Virus record (IMG/VR): IMGVR_UViG_3300033074_001078 | Length of the DNA: 20,000 nt | Strand: one strand, 5' to 3' | From: an uncultured virus (IMG/VR IMGVR_UViG_3300033074_001078) | Lineage: Duplodnaviria; Heunggongvirae; Uroviricota; Caudoviricetes | In this document: positions 14,427-20,000 of the stretch, in pieces | How the letters are laid out: each line of letters opens with the position of its first letter | How positions within the stretch are numbered: the stretch's first letter is position 1 | Made by a program: the position numbers and the translations under genes | Notes under the pieces: generated by a model | Database searches by the model: none | Told to the model about the DNA's origin: nothing | The model's input: the letters and a program-made list of their open reading frames with translations, nothing else

Positions 14427-14800
14427 TTTGGATACGCCTTCCACGGGAGCTGCCAGTGTGGTCCGTCCTTAAACGTCTTCCAGTCGCCGCCCCATTCGAT
14501 CAGCACGTTTTCAGCCGCCGCAGCGGCCTTGATGATGGGAGCGGCCTTGTGATATAATGGCCAGTCCCAGCGGAGTTCGTCACCGAGCATAACGCCAAGG
14601 TCAACCGCATGGCCTGTCAGGTGGCGCGAGCGCAGTGTGGTTGAAGCACCTTTCTTAACGAGTTCACGTTGCCGCTCAATCGTTCGCAGCCCTTCCAACA
14701 CCATCATGTTGAGCTTGGCGGTTGGCATGGCGTCGAGGCGTGCAAGCACGCGCAAGAGGTCAGGGTGAATGCCAGCAGCGCGGCGCATCTTCTGTATCAT
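14423..14800 (-). CDS. Endolysin, M15-family (L-Ala-D-Glu) zinc peptidase
   Basis: EGLRT.ERQ..L...GAS....SRH..GHAVD and WGGDW..F.DGPH.QL motifs. GAGGAG SD before ATG 14800. Confidence 0.9.
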   Translation of the reverse strand: MIQKMRRAAGIHPDLLRVLARLDAMPTAKLNMMVLEGLRTIERQRELVKKGASTTLRSRHLTGHAVDLGVMLGDELRWDWPLYHKAAPIIKAAAAAENVLIEWGGDWKTFKDGPHWQLPWKAYPK

Positions 14801-14967
14801 GGGTCGTTCTCCTCTAAACACTTTTCGCAAGCATTGCACGACCAGCAATAGCGGCAACCGCAACCATCACCCTCGTCACTGTCTTTGTGACCGCAGTCGC
14901 AGCAATTGAACAATTGACTGCACCGACAAGTGACGACGGGTTCGGCCTTGGTTGGCTCTACTGCCAT
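14797..14967 (-). CDS. Metallothionein-like Cys-rich miniprotein (56 aa, 11 Cys)
   Basis: Not in ORF track. TGATG overlap upstream and ATGA overlap downstream. MAVEPTKAEPVVTCRCSQLFNCCDCGHKDSDEGDGCGCRYCWSCNACEKCLEENDP. Confidence 0.75.
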   Translation of the reverse strand: MAVEPTKAEPVVTCRCSQLFNCCDCGHKDSDEGDGCGCRYCWSCNACEKCLEENDP

Positions 14968-15515
14968 CAGAACACTTCCGTCCTAGGCTTACGCACTTTT
15001 CCCGGCCGCAGCCGGTGAAAGATTTCTGGCCCAAGTACCAGCGTTCCACGGAACGGCTCGTGCTCAACACCATAGACCAAGCCGAACAGCTTCCTTGGGA
15101 ACGTGATGTGCGGCGTGTAGTGCGGAAAGTCCCACGAGTAACCTCGGCTGCGAAGGTGCATGTGTCGCAACAGCAATGACTCATTCGTCGCGGTTAGCGC
15201 TAGCGTTTCGCCACGCATGGTTGTCCACGTTGCTTCGCTGCAATCCAACGGAATGTAGTCTTCGTCAGCCTCCGGCCATTGCTCGTCTGGCGCTTGGCTT
15301 GAGTAGATCACCGTCACGTGTGGACGCCACGCATCCCAAAGGGCTTTGAAGTCAGGCACACCATTCGGCGTGAGCCAGCTCACAAACGCCATGAAGTCTT
15401 TCGTCGGCATCACGCGGCGTTCAATACGCATCGGCCCAACAGTTTCGAGTGACGATTCCATAGCAGATCCTTTGCTGAAGTGCGCGCGTCGTTCCTTCCA
15501 CCACGCCGCGCTCAT
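14967..15515 (-). CDS. acb1: 2H phosphoesterase, anti-CBASS nuclease Acb1 (T4 gp57B)-like
   Basis: Two HxT motifs (PHVTVIYS, YTPHIT). Segment L..RHM..R..G...DF..YTPHIT resembles T4 57B as recalled. Confidence 0.8.
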   Translation of the reverse strand: MSAAWWKERRAHFSKGSAMESSLETVGPMRIERRVMPTKDFMAFVSWLTPNGVPDFKALWDAWRPHVTVIYSSQAPDEQWPEADEDYIPLDCSEATWTTMRGETLALTATNESLLLRHMHLRSRGYSWDFPHYTPHITFPRKLFGLVYGVEHEPFRGTLVLGPEIFHRLRPGKVRKPRTEVF

Positions 15516-16201
15516 GTGAACTCCGCGGGAGGCGACGGCCGGAACTGGTCGTCACTGAGAATCTTGCCGATGCGCTCTTGAAGAGCGTACTCTTGACACC
15601 AGCAAATCCCCACGTCGTGGTCGCACTTTTCATCTTCGAGGATGAAGGCGAGCTGCGTCTCGGCGAGTTGAAGCGTGGCGCGCGGCGACCAAGGAGGAGC
15701 CGTGTTCCCTTGGGTGATAGCGTGCAAGCGCTTCGCAGCGTTGATCATCACTTCCTCAAGGTTGGTGCGGAAGCGGTAGCCGTCTTCATGCCAGAACTCC
15801 ATCTTCAGGCCATTGCCGCGCATCACCTTCACCATCTTGCCATCCGGCAACGTCATGGTCGCAAGGTCTTGAACGAGGTCAACGCTGGCGAAGTTACCTT
15901 GCGGGTCATGCCACTGCACTTCCAGCTCAACAGCCATGACCTCGCTTGAAAAGTTCACGGGCGGCTCTTCGCGTGCGGCTGAAGAAGCCGCTGGTGCAGC
16001 CGCAGCCGCAGCCACTTGTGACAACGCTGCCAGCGCGGCGGGCGAGCCGTTCAACGCTTTCGGTGGCGCTGGTTGGTGCGCCGTCTTAAGCTCAACAAGC
16101 TCAGTTTCGTGCTCAAGCTTCCACATGCACCGCATCCGCGGACACTCGGAAATGTTTGCGAAGCCTTCACGTCCGCAGCGGCATTTATCAAGCGCAGTCA
16201 T
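15512..16201 (-). CDS. Hypothetical protein with N- and C-terminal Cys motifs and Ala-rich linker (229 aa)
   Basis: GGGAGG SD before ATG 16201. CRC...CPRMRC and CDHDVGICWC motifs. Confidence 0.65.
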   Translation of the reverse strand: MTALDKCRCGREGFANISECPRMRCMWKLEHETELVELKTAHQPAPPKALNGSPAALAALSQVAAAAAAPAASSAAREEPPVNFSSEVMAVELEVQWHDPQGNFASVDLVQDLATMTLPDGKMVKVMRGNGLKMEFWHEDGYRFRTNLEEVMINAAKRLHAITQGNTAPPWSPRATLQLAETQLAFILEDEKCDHDVGICWCQEYALQERIGKILSDDQFRPSPPAEFT

Positions 16202-16202
16202 A

Positions 16203-16625
16203 TCACGTCCTCCCATAGTCATCGGCATAACGCACGATGTCGTCTTCATCAAATGTTCCGTAGCTGACTTCGATCAGCACGACGGATTCATGTTGAGCGC
16301 CAAGCCGGTGCTTGCCGTAGCGCGGAACGAAAGCAATGTCCGACGGTTGCAGCACTGTCATCACGCCGTTGAGTTCAAAGTGCAGGTCGCCTGACACCAC
16401 GAAGAAGCGTTCATCGCGATGCTCGTGCGATTGAAGGGACATCTTGCTGTATGCCTGGATCATAATGACCTTGACATTTGCCACCGGCCCAAGCTCAGCG
16501 TCAGCTGCATCAGCCAGCACCATGAAGCAACCCCAAGGGCGCTTTTCAAATTCAAGGCTCATGTTCCCATCTCCAGGTGCGGAAACCAGTCCCTCAAGCG
16601 CCTTTTGAATTCTGTCTTCCATCAT
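16203..16625 (-). CDS. Cupin, type II phosphomannose isomerase C-terminal-domain-like
   Basis: RPWG.F, VK.I......SLQSH.HR.E...VVSG, HRL and IEV..G...EDDIVR..DDYGR motifs, as in the ManC/AlgA C-terminal domain. ATGA overlap at 16622-16625. Confidence 0.85.
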   Translation of the reverse strand: MMEDRIQKALEGLVSAPGDGNMSLEFEKRPWGCFMVLADAADAELGPVANVKVIMIQAYSKMSLQSHEHRDERFFVVSGDLHFELNGVMTVLQPSDIAFVPRYGKHRLGAQHESVVLIEVSYGTFDEDDIVRYADDYGRT

Positions 16626-17158
16626 GGTTTCTCCAACGTCACGCCAGCTTTCACCTTGTCGCGGTGACGGTTGACCCAATAGACAGCGGCGTAAGCCTGA
16701 ACACGGTTCAGTTCTTCCTCGGTCAGGCCGTAAAAACTTTCACCGAGATTGCAGGCCATCACCAACGATGTGAACCCGACCTGAGCCAGCTCCTTCGCTG
16801 GCTCCCCTTTGGGTTTCGAATAGACGCGCGCAATGGTGCGTTCAATCACGTCCCTTGGTACGTCGCACGCTTGGGCAAGCTCGACCGCCTCCTCAAGCAC
16901 GCGCAAGGCGCGCTCAGGGGTACTGACATAGGCTTGATCGCCGAATGAAGCGCGCGCCCATGCGCCAGCGGTCCACTGCTGAAAGTTCAACTGGTCGTTT
17001 ACCATCATTCCCACTCCAATGAATATGTTCAAGATCAACCACGCGAGACCAGCCCAAAGGACCACGCTGCACACAATGGCCAGCGCGCAACCGTAAATCG
17101 GCCGCCACCGGTCAACGCGCATGTCCTCGGTGAGTAGCAGTTCATTATCGTCCTGCAC
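16622..17158 (-). CDS. MazG-like all-alpha NTP pyrophosphohydrolase with N-terminal transmembrane segment
   Basis: WARASFG...ERALRVLEEAVELAQA (EExxE) and E..KELAQV motifs. TM segment at about aa 21-48. SD before GTG 17158 and before in-frame ATG 17008. Confidence 0.6.
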   Translation of the reverse strand: MQDDNELLLTEDMRVDRWRPIYGCALAIVCSVVLWAGLAWLILNIFIGVGMMVNDQLNFQQWTAGAWARASFGDQAYVSTPERALRVLEEAVELAQACDVPRDVIERTIARVYSKPKGEPAKELAQVGFTSLVMACNLGESFYGLTEEELNRVQAYAAVYWVNRHRDKVKAGVTLEKP

Positions 17159-17648
17159 GGAGCGCCTCCATGGCCAGCCGTTCCTTCAACCAATCTGGTT
17201 GGTCGCCGGTGTTCCAGCGCCCATCAAGTGCGCGGTTACAGTGCGGCCAGAAGTAGTTGAGTTCGCCTTCAACAACGTCATCGAAGAAGGGCGCATAGTG
17301 CGCCGCGTTTTTGAAGACGAGCGCGTGTTGATGTGACAGGTGAACGCGACGATCACCTAACCACCACGGTCCAGCTGAGTCGTCATCGTAGCAGTCAATG
17401 CTCATGCGTGGCATCGTGTGCTTATAGCCGCGCTTAATCCACTCGCTATCAATAGCGTCGGTGTAGCGCTCCAGCGCCTTTTCGTGGCCAATCCACATGA
17501 GCGTGGCGGGGTGCGTGCGCCAGCCTTTAGAAAGGCCTCGCATGGCGTTTAGGATTTGTCTGCATTCGACCCGCTGCTTTCCAAGCCGCTTGGTGTCGAG
17601 GACAAACGCGCACAAAGTGAAGCGCGAATAGGGTAAGAACGTTTGCAC
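17145..17648 (-). CDS. Pyrimidine-dimer DNA glycosylase / T4 endonuclease V superfamily protein (MSMEG_6728-like)
   Basis: MQTFLPY..F......LD.KRLGKQRVE..QIL, GW..HPA..MW.G.E and P.WLGD...H.SH...L..K motifs. AAGGAG SD. Confidence 0.85.
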   Translation of the reverse strand: MQTFLPYSRFTLCAFVLDTKRLGKQRVECRQILNAMRGLSKGWRTHPATLMWIGHEKALERYTDAIDSEWIKRGYKHTMPRMSIDCYDDDSAGPWWLGDRRVHLSHQHALVFKNAAHYAPFFDDVVEGELNYFWPHCNRALDGRWNTGDQPDWLKERLAMEALRAGR

Positions 17649-17757
17649 TGTATCCGTCTCCTTCAGGGCGTTGGATAATCACGTGAGTAGCGGCTAGGGT
17701 CAACAACCCATCCCAGCTCCCGGGAACATCGTGGACTTCTACCACGCCACTACTCAC
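17527..17757 (-). CDS. Possible hypothetical protein (76 aa) overlapping the glycosylase gene
   Basis: GGAGGTG SD 5 nt before GTG 17757, but 122-nt out-of-frame overlap with the downstream gene. Confidence 0.35.
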   Translation of the reverse strand: MSSGVVEVHDVPGSWDGLLTLAATHVIIQRPEGDGYSANVLTLFALHFVRVCPRHQAAWKAAGRMQTNPKRHARPF

Positions 17758-17805
17758 GCGCTCACCTCCGTAACACCGCGCCGCGCATTGGCGCAAGTGT
17801 AAAGT

Positions 17806-18189
17806 TCAGTCAAGCCGCGTCATCACGCGCGCGTCGAAACCATGCTTGCGGAGCACCGACGCAAACGCCATCGCACCTTCCTCTTTGATATTGATGCTCT
17901 GCCCGCCCCATTGACCTGGATCCCACCACGTCACTCCGCCGTAGTAGTCATCGACGCGGCCATAGGTGCGGTCGCCGGGGTTTTCCTTGCGCTTGGTTGC
18001 CAGCCATCGCGCGAAGCTTGACGTTGCCGGTTTCATGTTGACCCAAGCGAAGCCGCAGCAACCATGCCAATCAACATGCTCAAGGTCAGGCTGTTGCTCT
18101 TTCAGCTTCTGCACATAGGCTGCGACTGCGGCCTTGGCTGCGGCGGTAGCTTCATCAAGCACCTCTGCGTGAGTGATTGTCGTTGTCAT
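17806..18189 (-). CDS. Conserved phage hypothetical protein (CGFAWV...RLD type)
   Basis: CGFAWV, QS...KE.GA.AFA.VL...G and terminal RLD motifs. ATGA overlap. Confidence 0.8.
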   Translation of the reverse strand: MTTTITHAEVLDEATAAAKAAVAAYVQKLKEQQPDLEHVDWHGCCGFAWVNMKPATSSFARWLATKRKENPGDRTYGRVDDYYGGVTWWDPGQWGGQSINIKEEGAMAFASVLRKHGFDARVMTRLD

Positions 18190-18488
18190 GCGCTCTTCCT
18201 TCCCTTTTCAAACAGTGCTGCCACCTTCCACATGATTGTGCTCATCTGCTCCCATGTGAAGGGCGTGTCGGTGTTGGGCAACGTCACACGAATCCTGTCG
18301 TTCGGGTCGCCGGTCGGCATGAAGTCCAGGTGCGTGAAACGCTCGCCGTCGTGTTGCGCCAGCAACCAGTTCCACTCCTCGTCGTTGCAGGCTTCAGCAA
18401 TGTGCGTCGCATCTTGCGTCAGCGTGTAACCGGTAAGCAGGATGAACTCGTTGCCAGCCGGGAACGGGATTTCATACGTCCCCCTCAT
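18186..18488 (-). CDS. Hypothetical protein (100 aa)
   Basis: GGAGG SD and ATGA overlaps at both ends. Confidence 0.7.
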   Translation of the reverse strand: MRGTYEIPFPAGNEFILLTGYTLTQDATHIAEACNDEEWNWLLAQHDGERFTHLDFMPTGDPNDRIRVTLPNTDTPFTWEQMSTIMWKVAALFEKGRKSA

Positions 18489-18688
18489 GCCACCACCTCC
18501 TCGTTCAGGCGTTGCTTCATAAGGTTGAGCAGGCGATGCGCGTCCTGCAATTCCTCATTGATCACCGCCGCTTCAACGCTGTTCGGCTTGGTGTTGGCGA
18601 ACGCTGTAGCTTGCTCCTCGATGTAGGATTCGAGCGCATTGGCCAGCACTTCGGCACGTCGTAGGCTCAGTTCAAAGCTGCGATTCAT
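18485..18688 (-). CDS. Hypothetical helical protein (~67 aa)
   Basis: Coupled to the downstream gene. Start ATG 18688 is inferred. Confidence 0.65.
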   Translation of the reverse strand: MNRSFELSLRRAEVLANALESYIEEQATAFANTKPNSVEAAVINEELQDAHRLLNLMKQRLNEEVVA

Positions 18689-18911
18689 GGCGCACACACT
18701 TCCCACGTTCCGGGGTTGAACTCATCTCTTGCAGTTTCTCAGCGGTAAGCACCTTTGGCTCCAAGGCGTCGGCGGCCTCATTGAGGAGCGCACACAGGCA
18801 CTTGTTCTCGCCAATCGGCGGTCGGCAATCGGCCGTGCATTCCCAGTAGTTACGGAGACGCTCCCGCAGATCGGCGGTAGCCTTGTCTGGGGCGCGTGGA
18901 TCGTCGCTCAT
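18672..18911 (-). CDS. Hypothetical protein with Cys motif (79 aa)
   Basis: ADLRERLR...L.EAADALE pattern common in small phage proteins, with a CTADC...CLC insert. Confidence 0.7.
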   Translation of the reverse strand: MSDDPRAPDKATADLRERLRNYWECTADCRPPIGENKCLCALLNEAADALEPKVLTAEKLQEMSSTPERGKCVRHESQL

Positions 18912-18917
18912 AGCTCG

Positions 18918-19391
18918 TTACCCCTTGTCATTCTGGAGGCCATGCGTTTTCAGGACGTGCTTGGCGATGTGATAGACGCACTCGCCAGTCGTCAGATGCA
19001 CAGGCGTCGTGTTCATCGTGCATTCGAGGCACCCAACATCAGACGGCGCACCGTCCTCCAGATTGTCCCAATCGCTCACCACGGTTTCGCAGATGAAAAA
19101 TACGGCTGCATCCCACGCGGCGCTCCATGACGGGAAGTCATGCGGTGCTTTGCCGACAGTGAAGCCACGCGAGGTGGAGCCTTCGCTGCGCGGCTTGTGA
19201 ACCGACAGCCGAAAGCCACAGTCCCACGCGCCGCAGAGATGGAAGTCCACCTCTGCCTCGTAGAGCGCCGTCAGCATCCGTTGAAGAGATGGCACAGGGG
19301 AGCCGCCGCGACCTTTGCTGCTGTAGTCGCTGCGAATAGGGTCGTGCTCGCGCCGACGCATCTCGTCTTGCCAAGCGTTATCGTAGCTCAT
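18918..19391 (-). CDS. Hypothetical protein (157 aa) with C-terminal CxxC...CxxH
   Basis: ATGA-coupled start. GCLECT...GECVYH motif. Confidence 0.7.
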   Translation of the reverse strand: MSYDNAWQDEMRRREHDPIRSDYSSKGRGGSPVPSLQRMLTALYEAEVDFHLCGAWDCGFRLSVHKPRSEGSTSRGFTVGKAPHDFPSWSAAWDAAVFFICETVVSDWDNLEDGAPSDVGCLECTMNTTPVHLTTGECVYHIAKHVLKTHGLQNDKG

Positions 19392-19474
19392 GGCCGCGTG
19401 TCCTTTGCAATGCGCGCCTCACGCGCTGCCCGGCGCTCCCGTTCACGCAACCAACGCTCGTAGTTGAAGCTCAT
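19388..19474 (-). CDS. Arg-rich microprotein (28 aa)
   Basis: Not in ORF track. ATGA overlaps at both ends. MSFNYERWLRERERRAAREARIAKDTRP. Confidence 0.55.
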   Translation of the reverse strand: MSFNYERWLRERERRAAREARIAKDTRP

Positions 19475-19878
19475 TTCTTTTCCCCTTGATCCTGGGAGGA
19501 GGTGGCGAAGCGTTGATCCGCCTCATACTCAAGCGCGCGAAAAATGCCGTCATGGTCGCCAATGCGCAGACGCTCCGAGAACTCCGGCCACAGCGTTTCC
19601 ATTGCATAGAGCGATGTACCATCGTGCCAGCACCAACCGCCGGTAAGCGCGCAATCCGTCTGTGTCGGCGCTTGGCCCTGCATATACTCCGGGGGCTGCG
19701 CGTAGTGACACTCAAGCCCGCAGGACGTTTCATAGCGCTCTGTGGTCATGTCTCGCGCTGGCTGGTGGATTTGCGCGCTGAAGTGCAGCGCACCGTAAGG
19801 ACCGACCAGTTCCCAGCGATGCGCAATCCAATCACCGCGCCGCAGCCACGTGTACTTATGATGCCTGTATCGGCTCAT
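19471..19878 (-). CDS. Hypothetical phage protein (135 aa)
   Basis: GLECH...P.Y....P...C..TGG.CWHDGTSLYA motif. Coupled to the downstream microORF. Confidence 0.75.
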   Translation of the reverse strand: MSRYRHHKYTWLRRGDWIAHRWELVGPYGALHFSAQIHQPARDMTTERYETSCGLECHYAQPPEYMQGQAPTQTDCALTGGWCWHDGTSLYAMETLWPEFSERLRIGDHDGIFRALEYEADQRFATSSQDQGEKK

Positions 19879-20000
19879 TAGCTTTCAGCCCCTTCATTCT
19901 GTTGCCCACGCTCCTGCGGCGAGCCTTGTTGCTGTGAGACCTTGCGACGCGCGCACTCCGGGCAACGCCGCGTGCAATCATCGCAGCAAGCATGTCAGCC

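Noticed and set aside
19878..20000. Cys-rich frame (HACCDDCTRRCPEC...) ending at a TAATG overlap
   Set aside because: An in-frame TGA at 19995-19997 with no start codon after it; another frame is also open and the window edge prevents a decision.

Overview
This window is part of a GC-rich tailed dsDNA phage (or prophage) genome; the gene families suggest a proteobacterial host. The left half (1-10.9 kb, minus strand) is the packaging/virion module: terS, terL, portal, an unlisted 59-aa Lys/Ala/Pro-rich protein with a terminator, a cassette of putative appendage genes including an 846-aa protein with 22 His-containing repeats, head-tail adaptor/closure genes and the start of a probable minor head (head morphogenesis) gene. 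No major capsid or protease gene lies between the portal and the adaptor. At 11.05-11.42 kb is a non-coding element with 12 GTTGACA copies in six pairs and both orientations around an AT-rich core (origin- or packaging-site-like). It is followed by a two-gene plus-strand island and a hairpin-dense convergence region. The right half (12.6-20 kb, minus strand) is a translationally coupled string of small accessory genes: an HxGH cytidylyltransferase, a holin candidate, an M15 endolysin, an unlisted 11-Cys metallothionein-like miniprotein, an Acb1-like 2H phosphoesterase, a PMI-type cupin, a membrane-fused MazG-like protein and a pyrimidine-dimer glycosylase-like protein. All family calls come from motif recognition by eye; no database search was run.
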